A stretch of 64,000 nt of DNA from Candidatus Omnitrophota bacterium (GCA_028865345.1 JAGWKL010000002.1:128665-192664); one strand, 5' to 3'; shown: positions 47,460 to 57,238, numbered from the stretch's first letter. The notes: generated by a model not told the origin, from the letters alone. Numbers and translations are program-made.

Positions 47460-49668
47460 AACCCCGATGCATGCTGATAACTGCAGCTAAAGCGACATTG
47501 ATCGCCATCAACAGCAAAAGCGTTTTGTATATGCCATAGGCCGGGATCATAAATACGCTTATACCCAAAGCCCCTGCACACGAACCAAAAAGATCAGCCG
47601 CGTAAATGCTTCCCAAAAGCGCGCGGTCGTTATCATTTTGCCCGGCAAGAAACAAAGTACTGGCATAAGAAAATTCCAAGCCGGTAAAAACACCTATCCC
47701 TGCCCCCAAAATGATCCAGACCTCAGGCAAAGGAAGATAGCCATAATGGCCAGCCGCCCGCATCAACCAAAACCAGATCAGAAAATAGGCGCCCATGCCT
47801 GCATGGAGTTTGGCGATCGAAGTAAACCCGCCAGAGATTTTCTTATTGCCCCCCCAAAAGCCGGGGGACAAACCCCAAAAAGTGCCCGCCGCTGCTGCCA
47901 GCATAAACGTAGCGATGATCCAGGCGATTTTATAATAAAGATCGCCGTAAAAGACCTGAAACCCATAAATCACGATGACCTCGGCGGCCATTAAAGAAAA
48001 ACCTCCCACAGCCATGACGGCAATGAGAAGGGGCCGGTTGGATGACGATGGACCGCGGGCCCAAAGGAACGGCAAGATCAGCCCTAGGGCCCCGATCAAA
48101 ACGATGAAATAATTCGTCCGCATGAGGCGGGCGAGCAAAGCGGCGAGACCCTGATGAAAAATACTGAACCAATAGATCAGATTGTAAAGATACCCCCGCG
48201 GATGCAGATCAGTATTGATCCGGGCCGTCCTGTCTGCCTTAAAAAAATCCCCGGCCGCGGCAATACGGTCTGTGGTGTACCGGTAAACAATGGCCGGCGC
48301 GGAAAGGAAATACGTAAGGATGCCCCTGGCTTTGAGCCTGCGGATGATCACCCGCGGGTCATGGGGCAAAGCCTGTTGCGAAGCTAAGATAAAAAGCGTA
48401 TCTCCCGGAAGTAGGACGACCGAACGAAAATTGTGTTTGATCGTCCTGTATATGCAGGAGCCCAAATGCCCCAAGGTGGCCGGTATGGTATCTGCTGCAA
48501 ATTTCAAATGCGTTGCCATGACTCCGCCGGCTTTTAAATGCCCCCGAACCTCTCTGAAAAAAGCATCGGTAAAATAGCGGTTGAGCAGGGCCGTCGACGG
48601 ATTGGGCAGATTGATGATGACCACGTCCAGGTCCGATGGGAGGTTCTCAAGCGAACGGCGCGGGTCGCCTTTGACCAAAACAACCTGCCCCTTTCTCAAA
48701 ATACCGTCCAAGGAGGGCGAGAGTGCCCGGGCAAGGCCGGTCATGGCTGGATCCAATTGGGCGTAATAGACCCTTTCAGGCTTATATTTTAATATCTCCT
48801 GCAGAGCGCCACTGAAACCGGCATCTATCAAAAGTACTTTTTGGGGGCCGGCATCGGAAAGCATGGGCAAATGGACAAGATATTCATTGAACGCCCTGTC
48901 CTTATCCGTGCCCACGGGCATGCCGCTTTCATAAAAATTGAGCTGGTCCCCGGTGCGCGTCACGGCAAGATTTCCGTGCACTGAATTCTTTGTTTCCACC
49001 AACTGTTCATTGGGAAACCTTAGGGCCGCAGTCCGGAAATTCAAAGGCCCCGAAAATAAAAAACAGGCCAAACACCAAAAGGCCGCTGCCATGGCAGCTA
49101 TAAAAAATTGTTTTTTAGCGGCGACACCGCTCCACAGGAGTCCGGCAAAGACCGCCGCCAAATTCAAGGCCGCAACGACACCACAGGTCCTAAACGCGTC
49201 GGCGAACACCAACCCGTAACTGAACACCAACCCGCCCAGGACAAAACCCAGGGCTTCGTAAAGATAGGCCTTGCGCTGGTCGTCCCATTCGGACACGGCG
49301 GAAAATTGCACCCCTAAACACAGGCACAAAGGGGCAATTGCCAAAAAAGAGACCACGATCGTCGGTAAAAAATCAGGAACCTGCCCGGCGGCGGCAAAAA
49401 AACTTTTACTTAAACGCGCGGCCAGGACCGTCAGCGGGAACAATACGCAAAGCGCCAAATGGCAGATGAGAACAAGCGCAAGGCCGCGGCAGGCTTTAGG
49501 CAGGAATTTGATGGCGAGGCTGCCTGCCGCCACCCAAAAAAGCCAGGCAAACAGGATCCAGCCGATGAAAAATTCATTACCCCAAAAACTGACGATCATT
49601 TCCCGGATCATAACGATCTGGGAAACCAAAGAAGAAAAACCCAGAACAAGAACTGAAAGGAAGAACAT
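47410..49668 (-). CDS. Fused MFS-like/spermidine synthase-like membrane protein
   Basis: SQIVMIRE..GNE, YLYEALG, a central SpeE-like fold, FQVFYG.LY and YAADLFG. Confidence 0.8.
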   Translation of the reverse strand: MFFLSVLVLGFSSLVSQIVMIREMIVSFWGNEFFIGWILFAWLFWVAAGSLAIKFLPKACRGLALVLICHLALCVLFPLTVLAARLSKSFFAAAGQVPDFLPTIVVSFLAIAPLCLCLGVQFSAVSEWDDQRKAYLYEALGFVLGGLVFSYGLVFADAFRTCGVVAALNLAAVFAGLLWSGVAAKKQFFIAAMAAAFWCLACFLFSGPLNFRTAALRFPNEQLVETKNSVHGNLAVTRTGDQLNFYESGMPVGTDKDRAFNEYLVHLPMLSDAGPQKVLLIDAGFSGALQEILKYKPERVYYAQLDPAMTGLARALSPSLDGILRKGQVVLVKGDPRRSLENLPSDLDVVIINLPNPSTALLNRYFTDAFFREVRGHLKAGGVMATHLKFAADTIPATLGHLGSCIYRTIKHNFRSVVLLPGDTLFILASQQALPHDPRVIIRRLKARGILTYFLSAPAIVYRYTTDRIAAAGDFFKADRTARINTDLHPRGYLYNLIYWFSIFHQGLAALLARLMRTNYFIVLIGALGLILPFLWARGPSSSNRPLLIAVMAVGGFSLMAAEVIVIYGFQVFYGDLYYKIAWIIATFMLAAAAGTFWGLSPGFWGGNKKISGGFTSIAKLHAGMGAYFLIWFWLMRAAGHYGYLPLPEVWIILGAGIGVFTGLEFSYASTLFLAGQNDNDRALLGSIYAADLFGSCAGALGISVFMIPAYGIYKTLLLLMAINVALAAVISMHRGFNPKSPGFFLHRCKPR
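47846..47874. repeat. Palindromic element inside CDS (encodes GLSPGFWGGN)
   Basis: Minus strand GGTTTGTCCCCC-GGCTTTT-GGGGGGGCAA; core matches 51252-51277. Confidence 0.6.
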
Positions 49669-49693
49669 AAGTCCTCTCTCCAGTCCCAGGGAC

Positions 49694-51292
49694 CTACATT
49701 TCCCGGGCTTCGACTGTCCCCGAATGTCCCTTGTATACGGGGATCATGAGGACAAAAGGAACACAGGTAAAAAACATAAACATCAAAAACATAGAAATAT
49801 CATTGTACGCCATCATCTGGGCCTGCTGGGTCACCAGCCTGTTGATTAAGTCCATGGCCGCCTGCTTGGCTGTGCCTAAAGACATGCCCTGCCGGTACAG
49901 AAACGCCGTTGCCTGATGGAAAAACCTCTCAAAATTCGGATTAAAAGGATTGATATGCTCCGCCAGATAGACGTGATGGACCTGGGAATTCCTCTCGAAC
50001 AAGGTTGCCATGACCGCGTATCCAATATTGCCGCCGACCTGCTGGAAAAGATTAAACAGCCCTGATGCGGATGTCATAAGTTCCTTTTCCACGGAACTCA
50101 AAGCCACCGTCGATAAGGAAATAAAAATGAACGGCAGCCCGCTGCCCATCAAAAGAAGGGACGGCACGATATTACCCTGTCCCGCCGTGGTTGCCAGATG
50201 GGCCAACTGGAAGTAAGAAACGTTCACGACCGCAATGCCGTATAAAATCAATGCCCGCGGGTCTACAAGATTGTATAGCTTCCCGACCAAAGGCAGGACG
50301 CATATCAAGGCGATGGCCCTTGGCATCAGCACCAGGCCGGACTGATACGCCGGATAATTTAAAAGCTGCTGGGTAAACTGAGGTAAAATAAACGAAGTGC
50401 CGTACAGTGCTATCCCGAACAAAAGAATGACCACGACCCCCATGCGAAACTGGGCATTTTTAAAAATCCTTAAATTTACCACCGGCTCTTCGACGGACAA
50501 TTCCCAGACCACCAGCGCCAAAAGTGTTATCACTGTGAAAACCGCGGTCCATGCGATCCAACTGGACTCAAACCAGTTTTCCTGCTGCCCCCTTTCCAGG
50601 AAGACCTGCAGGCCGGTCAGGCCAAGCGTCAGCAAAACGATACCTGCCACATCTATCCTCTTGACACCCCGTTGAAGATAGGGAGGGTCAAAGACAAAAA
50701 GGCTGACCAAAAGCATCCCCACGACACTCACAGGTATGTTGATATAAAAAATCCACTGCCAGCCGTACTGGTCCGTGAGCCAGCCCCCTAATACCGGGCC
50801 GACGGCAGGCGCCACCACCACCCCCATGGAAAAAATCGCCATGGCCATGCCCTGTTCATTTCTGGGAAAAGTCTCGCGCAGGATGGCCTGGGCCAAAGGC
50901 ACCAGGCTCCCTCCGCCCATGCCCTGCAGGACGCGGCAGGCGATCATCTCCGGAAAGGTATGCGACATGCCGGCCAGGATCGACCCCACGGTAAAAACGA
51001 CAAAGGAAAGCAAATAAAAATTTTTTCTGCCCAAAAGACGCACCCACCAGCCGGACATGGTCAGCATGATGACGGCGGCGATGCTGTAGCTCGTCGCCAC
51101 CCAGGTGATCGCGGAGAGGTTCTGGCCGAAGCTGCCCATCATATGGGGAAGGGCCACATTGACGACATTGACGTCCATGATCGCCATGAAGGCGCCGAGA
51201 ACGACCGAAACAGCTACGGCCCATTTATTGGGGCTGTATTGCGCCGGGGGCGCCTGCCCCCCGGCTTTTGGGGGCAAAGAGGAGGAATTCAT
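49694..51292 (-). CDS. emrB: DHA2/EmrB family MFS efflux transporter
   Basis: DVNVVNVALP, WVATSY, RVLQGMGGG, GPVLGGWL and WIFYINIP. Confidence 0.93.
   Translation of the reverse strand: MNSSSLPPKAGGQAPPAQYSPNKWAVAVSVVLGAFMAIMDVNVVNVALPHMMGSFGQNLSAITWVATSYSIAAVIMLTMSGWWVRLLGRKNFYLLSFVVFTVGSILAGMSHTFPEMIACRVLQGMGGGSLVPLAQAILRETFPRNEQGMAMAIFSMGVVVAPAVGPVLGGWLTDQYGWQWIFYINIPVSVVGMLLVSLFVFDPPYLQRGVKRIDVAGIVLLTLGLTGLQVFLERGQQENWFESSWIAWTAVFTVITLLALVVWELSVEEPVVNLRIFKNAQFRMGVVVILLFGIALYGTSFILPQFTQQLLNYPAYQSGLVLMPRAIALICVLPLVGKLYNLVDPRALILYGIAVVNVSYFQLAHLATTAGQGNIVPSLLLMGSGLPFIFISLSTVALSSVEKELMTSASGLFNLFQQVGGNIGYAVMATLFERNSQVHHVYLAEHINPFNPNFERFFHQATAFLYRQGMSLGTAKQAAMDLINRLVTQQAQMMAYNDISMFLMFMFFTCVPFVLMIPVYKGHSGTVEAREM
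51252..51277. repeat. Palindromic element inside the EmrB N-terminus (encodes LPPKAGGQA)
   Basis: GCCTGCCCCCC-GGCTTTT-GGGGGCAA. Confidence 0.6.
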
Positions 51293-52182
51293 TTTGTTTT
51301 ACCTGAACTCAAATCGATCACGGGGACAACCGACATCCCCAGGACTAAAGGCCTTTTGGGATCGAGGGGCCCGTCAAAAATAATTTTAACGGGAACGCGC
51401 TGAACGACCTTGATGTAGTTGCCCGTCGCATTCTCGGCAGGCAGCAGGCTGAATTTTGAACCGGTCCCCTGCTGAATGCTGTCCACATGCCCGTGGAAAA
51501 CGGCCCCCGGATAAGCATCGACATGGATCACCACCTTCAATCCTGGATGGACATGCGTCATCTGCGTTTCTTTTAAATTAGCCACCACCCACCGGTCGGG
51601 AAAAACAACGGCCATCAGGGCCTGCCCCTGCTGCACGGACATGCCGGGTTCGACGCTCTTTTTGGTCACCGTTCCGTCGGCCGGCGAGGTGATTTTCGTA
51701 TAGGAAAGCTCAAGCTCTGCCTGTTCAAGCCTTGCCCGGGCCGCATCCACCTTGGCCTTATCAGTGTTCCAGCGCAGCATTGCCATATCAAACTGACGTT
51801 GGGAGATGTCCTTGGTGGCGAGCAATTTCGTATAACGCGCCACATCCTGCTTCGCCTGATCGGCATCGTCCTGTTTAGCTTGAAGGTCGGCCTTGGCCAG
51901 ATCAAAAGCGGCCTTATAATCACGGGGGTCTATATTACAAAGAAGATCGCCCGCCTTGACCGGTTGATTGTCATTGACATAAACTTTTTCAATATACCCC
52001 GAGACCCTGGGGCTGATGACAGTCACATCACCTTCGATAAAGGCATCGTCGCAGGATTCATGGGTAAAGACATAGTGCAGGACAAAGGCCAGCACCACCG
52101 CGGCAGCAATAGTCAATACGGACGCTATTTTCCAGAATCTCCGGTGAAACTCGTAAACCTTGCTGAATATCCTGCTGACCAT
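51289..52182 (-). CDS. emrA: EmrA/HlyD membrane fusion protein
   Basis: DDAFI, ISPRVSG, ANLKETQ and FSLLPAENATGNYIKVVQRVPV. Confidence 0.93.
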   Translation of the reverse strand: MVSRIFSKVYEFHRRFWKIASVLTIAAAVVLAFVLHYVFTHESCDDAFIEGDVTVISPRVSGYIEKVYVNDNQPVKAGDLLCNIDPRDYKAAFDLAKADLQAKQDDADQAKQDVARYTKLLATKDISQRQFDMAMLRWNTDKAKVDAARARLEQAELELSYTKITSPADGTVTKKSVEPGMSVQQGQALMAVVFPDRWVVANLKETQMTHVHPGLKVVIHVDAYPGAVFHGHVDSIQQGTGSKFSLLPAENATGNYIKVVQRVPVKIIFDGPLDPKRPLVLGMSVVPVIDLSSGKTK

Positions 52183-52200
52183 AATGACCTCTCTGCTTTT

Positions 52201-53574
52201 TTAAGAACGGCTTAAATGGAACGACTCTGTGCGGCCCAAGGCCGAATAATAGTTCACCCGCGCCATGTGATATTGTACCAGAGCCGACACATAAGATTGG
52301 CGTGTATTTTCAAGGGCGGCCTGGGCGTCGACCACCGCGATGTTATTGCCGACCCCTTCTGTGTATTGGCGCCTGGCAAGCCCCAGCTGTTGGCCCGCCA
52401 GCCGCAAAGCCTCGCTTGCGGCCTTCACCTCTTCCGTCGTCGTGCTCAACGTCTGCAGCGCCAGGCGAACATCCTCCTGGACTTGCGTTCGCATATCATC
52501 GTAAAGAGTCTTGGCCTGCTTAACCTGGGAGGCCTGTTGCCGGATCTCCCCTGCGATCTGTCCTCCTTCGAAAATGGGCACACTCACATTGACGGCGATC
52601 TGCGCGGCTTTATGGGCATATTTGTCGGGTTCAACGGCGGACTGCCCATAATTCCCGTAAAGGTCCACCTTGGGCAATCTTTCCCTGACCGCCTCCGACA
52701 GCCGGTATCGGGCATACCTGACCTTTGAAGAAGCAATGGACATCTCCCATCTATGTTTAAGGGCCGTGGCAATGGCATCAGAAAGCCCCATGGGTTTTTC
52801 TTTAAAAAAGATCAGGGAATCGCTTAAACTGAGTTCGCTGTTCAAAGGCAATCCGATGATACGCTTGAAGCCGAGCATTGCCGTGTCGAGCCTCTCAATA
52901 TCTTCCTGCTCCTTGGCACGCCGCTCTGCCAGCCGCGTTTGGGCCCTGACCACGTCCAAATTAGTGACAACACCCACTTTTAATTGGTGTTGGGCCAGGG
53001 ACACAAGCGTTTGGGCCAGACGCAGGTCTTCTTCAACGGCCTTTAATTGTTCCTGGGCCTGCAGCACATCCAGATAAGAAATGACTGCGGCCGTGACCAC
53101 CTGTTGTTGGGCCAGTTCTTTTTCCTCCCTGGCCATGGCCACGTCCATTTGGCCCGCCTGAAATTTGGATATGGCGCTCAAATCAAAGATCCGCTGGGTG
53201 ATTTGGAAGCGCGCATCGAAAGTATTGAACGGCCCGATAACGCCGAAAGCAGGCAGGCCCTGACCGGCGAAATTCTCCCAGAAAACCCTCCCTTGAGAAG
53301 CCCCGAACGAAAGATGGGGAAGAAGATCAGAATCGTTCTGCCATAGGCGGCCCCTGACTTCATCGATTTTTTCCACGGCGATCTTGAGCAGGACATTGTT
53401 GTGTTTGGCATCATCAATGGCTTGGGTAAGGCTGAGGTCCAAGGTCATGCCCTCATCATTGATTTCCTGCACGTCGTCTGCAGCCCGGGAAATAGGACCG
53501 AAACCCGTTAAGAAAAACACACTGACGAGCAATATCCCAAGCCTAACTGCGTTCCTTTGAGTTGTCATAATCAC
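52201..53574 (-). CDS. TolC family outer-membrane efflux protein
   Basis: Two OEP repeats (LPHLSF, LPKVDL, PIFEGG); position in the efflux operon. Confidence 0.9.
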   Translation of the reverse strand: MIMTTQRNAVRLGILLVSVFFLTGFGPISRAADDVQEINDEGMTLDLSLTQAIDDAKHNNVLLKIAVEKIDEVRGRLWQNDSDLLPHLSFGASQGRVFWENFAGQGLPAFGVIGPFNTFDARFQITQRIFDLSAISKFQAGQMDVAMAREEKELAQQQVVTAAVISYLDVLQAQEQLKAVEEDLRLAQTLVSLAQHQLKVGVVTNLDVVRAQTRLAERRAKEQEDIERLDTAMLGFKRIIGLPLNSELSLSDSLIFFKEKPMGLSDAIATALKHRWEMSIASSKVRYARYRLSEAVRERLPKVDLYGNYGQSAVEPDKYAHKAAQIAVNVSVPIFEGGQIAGEIRQQASQVKQAKTLYDDMRTQVQEDVRLALQTLSTTTEEVKAASEALRLAGQQLGLARRQYTEGVGNNIAVVDAQAALENTRQSYVSALVQYHMARVNYYSALGRTESFHLSRS

Positions 53575-54089
53575 TTTCCAATTTCCCTGGCCCTGTTCCT
53601 CAGCCGTACAAGCAATTCGTTGAATATTTTCTTCTCATGAGCAGTAAGGACCTTACACAGATCATGGATGATCTTATAAAATCCCGGCAATATGTCTTCC
53701 AACAGTTTTTCTCCTTTGGGCAACAACTTGATCCTATTGACCCGGCGGTCATGGGGGTCGCTGATACGTTCCACCAGGCCCTTGCGGGAAAGGCTGTCCA
53801 CCAATCCGGTGATATTAGCGCGGCTGACGAGCATCAGTTGGCTGATCTCATTTTGTTTGCAAGCCTTGGACGGGCTGCGGCTCAATATCCTCAAAACATT
53901 AAACCCCGCCCGGGTGATCCCGAATGAGGTAACTGCATCCGACAGATGGTCGTTGACCACATCAAAGGTATACGTCAGGTTCAAAGCCGCTTCCACCGAA
54001 GGCCAGTCAAAGGCCGGATATCGGGCCCCGTGTTTTTTGACCTGGCTCCAATAGTATTCTTCCCTTCTGTCAATTTTGTGTTCCGGCAT
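53571..54089 (-). CDS. MarR family transcriptional regulator
   Basis: VSRANITGLVDSL and DRR; GGAGGAGG SD before MPEHK. Confidence 0.9.
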   Translation of the reverse strand: MPEHKIDRREEYYWSQVKKHGARYPAFDWPSVEAALNLTYTFDVVNDHLSDAVTSFGITRAGFNVLRILSRSPSKACKQNEISQLMLVSRANITGLVDSLSRKGLVERISDPHDRRVNRIKLLPKGEKLLEDILPGFYKIIHDLCKVLTAHEKKIFNELLVRLRNRAREIGK

Positions 54090-54114
54090 ATCGATCCCTC
54101 CTCCCTTCATGGCA

Positions 54115-54164
54115 AGCTTACAACGCCGGCTGTAATTTGTCAAGTACTTAACAGTTAATTACTT
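54115..54164 (-). promoter_or_regulatory. marR promoter with probable operator
   Basis: TTGACA (54143-54138), 17-nt spacer, TAAGCT (54120-54115); IR AAGTACTTAAC-A-GTTAATTACTT (54142-54164, one mismatch) overlaps the -35. Confidence 0.7.
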
Positions 54165-54209
54165 TACAAAATACGCACTTGCGCCCCAGGCAATAAGTAA
54201 TTTTACGTA

Positions 54210-54238
54210 TGGCAAATTTCAACCTTTCGTAGTATGAT
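54210..54238 (+). promoter_or_regulatory. Possible sigma70 promoter for amt-glnK
   Basis: TGGCAA, 17-nt spacer, TATGAT; would give a leader of about 245 nt. Confidence 0.4.
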
Positions 54239-54299
54239 TTCCCATCATTCCTCAAGCGCAAAATGCTTGAGCAGTGCGCCCTTCGGCGTCGCTTGGTTG

Positions 54300-54335
54300 T
54301 GTCATTGCAAGGCCCCGAAGGCGACGAAGCGATCT
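54300..54335. repeat. Degenerate GTCATTGCGAG..GAAGCAATCT-type dispersed repeat
   Basis: TGTCATTGCAAGGCCCCGAAGGCGACGAAGCGATCT resembles a widespread REP-like family (from recall); single copy in this window. Confidence 0.4.
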
Positions 54336-54342
54336 TATGGCT

Positions 54343-54455
54343 AATCACCTTTTATAGCACATCGATGTGCTGAGCAAAAAATTTCCCGACGGGTGCATTG
54401 ACGTACCTTGTCATTGGGGATGCAGCGCCGCGTCTCCCGCCAAAGGTGATTTTTC
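54343..54455 (+). ncRNA. Structured amt leader with three ANTAR-type hairpins
   Basis: Loops ATCGAT, ATTGAC and AGCGCC (A1/G4, C-G closing pair), enclosed by the 10-bp helix AATCACCTTT/AAAGGTGATT. Confidence 0.7.
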
Positions 54456-54488
54456 AACCCATAAACTGTAATTTTTAAAGGAGACAAA

Positions 54489-55727
54489 ATGAACAATCTT
54501 CCTATTAATACGGTTGATACAGCGTTCGTGCTGCTGTCTGCAGCCCTGGTCATGTTGATGACGCCGGGCCTTGCCTTGTTCTACGGGGGCATGGTCCGCA
54601 AAAAAAATATTTTAAGCGTGCTTATCCAATGTTTCGCAGCCATGTGTGTTTTGAATGTGTGGTGGATCCTGATCGGTTACAGCCTTTCCTTCTGCCCGGC
54701 CAAGGGCTTCTGGGGAGGTTTGGACTGGATGGGATTAAAAGGCGTCGGATACGCGGCCTTGCCGGATTACTCTTCCACCATCCCCAACCGGGTTTTTATG
54801 ATCTTTCAGGGGATGTTTGCCGTGATCACGCCGGCCCTCATCATCGGCGCCTTTGCGGAACGGATGAAATTCTCCGCCTACATCATTTTCACCCTGCTGT
54901 GGGCCACCTTTGTTTATGCCCCCGTATGCCATTGGGTATGGGGAAGCGGCGGATGGCTCAAACAAATGGGCGTATTGGATTTTGCCGGAGGAATCGTTGT
55001 CCACGCCACCGCAGGTGTGGCCGCCCTGATCACGACGATCGTCATCGGCAAGCGCAAAAACCTTTTCCATTCCCCTGCGCCCCATAATTTGCCGCTCGTG
55101 GTGCTGGGGACAGGGTTATTATGGTTCGGCTGGTTCGGTTTTAACGCCGGCAGCGCCCTCGCCGTCAATGCCGTTGCTGTCAATGCCTTCATTACCACCA
55201 ATACCGCTGCGGCCGCGGCAGGTCTTTCCTGGGTCCTGTTGGAATGGATCCGTAACGGCAGGCCCACTGTTTTCGGCATTGTCACCGGCTGTGTTGCGGG
55301 ACTTGCCACCATAACGCCCGGCGCCGGTTATGTCAGCGTGGGTTCGTCCGTGATCATAGGCATTTTCGCCAGCATCCTCTGTTTTATCGCTGTGGCCATC
55401 ATCAAACCCAGATACGGCTACGATGATTCCCTGGACGTGTTCGGCGTGCACGGCGTGGGCGGGATCCTGGGGGTCATTTGTGTCGGGCTTTTTGCCTCCA
55501 AAGCCGTCAACCCCGGCGGAGCCGACGGTTTGTTCTACGGGAACCCCAAATTATTGGTCACCCAGTTGACCGGCGTCCTGGCGGCCGTGCTTTATACGGC
55601 GGCGGTGACCTTTGTGATCTATAAGCTTATCAATGTCTTTTTAGGCGTACGGATCGGCGAACAGGATGAATCGATCGGCCTTGATCTGGCCCAGCACCGT
55701 GAAAACGCTTATACCCTTCTTGAATAG
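54489..55727 (+). CDS. amtB: Ammonium transporter
   Basis: MTPGLALFYGG, FQGMFA, DFAGGIVVH, WFGWFGFNAGS and DDSLDVFGVHG. Confidence 0.97.
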   Translation: MNNLPINTVDTAFVLLSAALVMLMTPGLALFYGGMVRKKNILSVLIQCFAAMCVLNVWWILIGYSLSFCPAKGFWGGLDWMGLKGVGYAALPDYSSTIPNRVFMIFQGMFAVITPALIIGAFAERMKFSAYIIFTLLWATFVYAPVCHWVWGSGGWLKQMGVLDFAGGIVVHATAGVAALITTIVIGKRKNLFHSPAPHNLPLVVLGTGLLWFGWFGFNAGSALAVNAVAVNAFITTNTAAAAAGLSWVLLEWIRNGRPTVFGIVTGCVAGLATITPGAGYVSVGSSVIIGIFASILCFIAVAIIKPRYGYDDSLDVFGVHGVGGILGVICVGLFASKAVNPGGADGLFYGNPKLLVTQLTGVLAAVLYTAAVTFVIYKLINVFLGVRIGEQDESIGLDLAQHRENAYTLLE

Positions 55728-55738
55728 GAGATAAAAAT

Positions 55739-56080
55739 ATGAAATTAATTGTCGCCATTATCCAGCCTTACCGTCTGGAAGAGGTCAAAAAAGCTCTGTA
55801 TGCCGAAGAAGTGCACTTGATAACAGTCAGTGAAGTGCTGGGCCACGGCCGGCAAAAAGGCGTGACGGAATATTACCGCGGGGTCAGGGAAACCGGCAAT
55901 CTGTTGCGCAAGGTCCGGGTGGAAATTGCGGTGAATGAAAACTTTGTCGAGCCCACGATCAAGGCCATTATGAAAGGCGCCCAGACCGGCAAGGTGGGCG
56001 ACGGCAAAATCTTTATCATGGACCTGAAAGAATGCGTCCGCATCCGCACCGGCGAACGGGGGCCGGAAGCCATCGGCTAA
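55739..56080 (+). CDS. glnK: P-II nitrogen regulatory protein
   Basis: AIIQP, GHGRQKG..YRG, TGKVGDGKIF and RIRTGERG. Confidence 0.95.
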   Translation: MKLIVAIIQPYRLEEVKKALYAEEVHLITVSEVLGHGRQKGVTEYYRGVRETGNLLRKVRVEIAVNENFVEPTIKAIMKGAQTGKVGDGKIFIMDLKECVRIRTGERGPEAIG

Positions 56081-56595
56081 TACGCCCGAGGGTAACATAA
56101 TTTATCCCCGGAAACCCTGGCCATGGGATTTATTTTATGGTCGACGGCCCTGCCCGGGCCCATAATGTCCACGACCATGACCCCCCGGACCAGCAGGGCA
56201 TCTGCGATCAAAGATCTGTGACAGCGCCAGGGGACCGCTTCGGCGCACATGATGGCCACAATGCTTTCCCCTGCCTGCGCGATAAGCTCTTGAAGATTGC
56301 CTTCGAATTCCTGTGTCTGCATATAATCGGCATACCCCCTGAAAGAAACGTTCTTCCACCCTTGATTGACGGAACCTTTTTGAGGATGCCTCAAGCCGCC
56401 TAAGCCGCGCATATTCCTGTACATGATCCCATGGGATGAAAGATCTTGGGAAAGGGCCTCCGCGTTAAATTGGGGATTGAACCTGGACTTAGGTATAGTC
56501 CGCACATCAATTAGCTTGTTGATTTGGAAACTTTTTAAAGTGCCGATGAAGTGATCAAGCGGATGCGTGGAGTGGCCGATGGTATAAATTTTCAT
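56077..56595 (-). CDS. DUF488 family protein
   Basis: IYTIGHSTH, DVRTIP, LGGLR and MCAEAVPWRCHR. Confidence 0.92.
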   Translation of the reverse strand: MKIYTIGHSTHPLDHFIGTLKSFQINKLIDVRTIPKSRFNPQFNAEALSQDLSSHGIMYRNMRGLGGLRHPQKGSVNQGWKNVSFRGYADYMQTQEFEGNLQELIAQAGESIVAIMCAEAVPWRCHRSLIADALLVRGVMVVDIMGPGRAVDHKINPMARVSGDKLCYPRAY

Positions 56596-57238
56596 TCTTT
56601 ACGTGAAATACAAGGTCCCCTATCATGCGGATGACATCCTGAACCGGGAGTTTGGCAGTATTGATGGTCAGATCATAAAGTCTGGCGTCATCAATATTCT
56701 TATGAAAATATTTATGGAAATATTCCCTGCGGTTGCGTTCTTCCTGGACAATATAACGTCTGGCCTGTTCTTCTTCCATATTCAAAATTTCCCGAAGGTA
56801 ACGGATCCTGTCGGCCACCGGCGCCACCAGCCTGACATGCGCCCCCTGGAGCAGGTCGGCCGTGACGATGTTGGAGCCCCTTCCGACGAGGATAGCATAA
56901 CCCGATTGAGCCAATTGAAAAATGGTGTCATTGATCTCATTGACCAATAAATGGCGCGAAGGATGAAGGCCGATGGTTTCCTCTATGATATTCTCGAGTT
57001 CCGAAGTTATCGATTCCGATAAATAAGGCAGGACTGTCTGGGGCAATTGATGGTCTTCCGCCACTTTCTTGAGCAAATTGCCGTCATATATCCTCCACTG
57101 GGCTCCTTTACGCCTTTCATGCGTCTGCAAATACTCCCCCAGGCCCTGGATAACGCTTTTGGCACGGGCCCCCAGCTCATAGGAAATAGTCACAAACGGC
57201 TTAGCCAGCCGCTTTTCTTTTACCGCATAATATCGCAT
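56555..57238 (-). CDS. Cytidylate kinase-like family protein
   Basis: VTISYELGA, ILVGRGS, HVRLVAP and YDLTINT. Confidence 0.85.
   Translation of the reverse strand: MRYYAVKEKRLAKPFVTISYELGARAKSVIQGLGEYLQTHERRKGAQWRIYDGNLLKKVAEDHQLPQTVLPYLSESITSELENIIEETIGLHPSRHLLVNEINDTIFQLAQSGYAILVGRGSNIVTADLLQGAHVRLVAPVADRIRYLREILNMEEEQARRYIVQEERNRREYFHKYFHKNIDDARLYDLTINTAKLPVQDVIRMIGDLVFHVKNENLYHRPLHASA

Noticed and set aside
49694-54089. MarR-TolC-EmrA-EmrB cluster as a novel system
   Set aside because: It is a standard tripartite efflux operon.
54148-54553. Small minus-strand ORFs (66 and 70 aa) in the marR-amt intergenic region
   Set aside because: They are explained by the repeat remnant and the structured amt leader, and have no SD or protein motifs.
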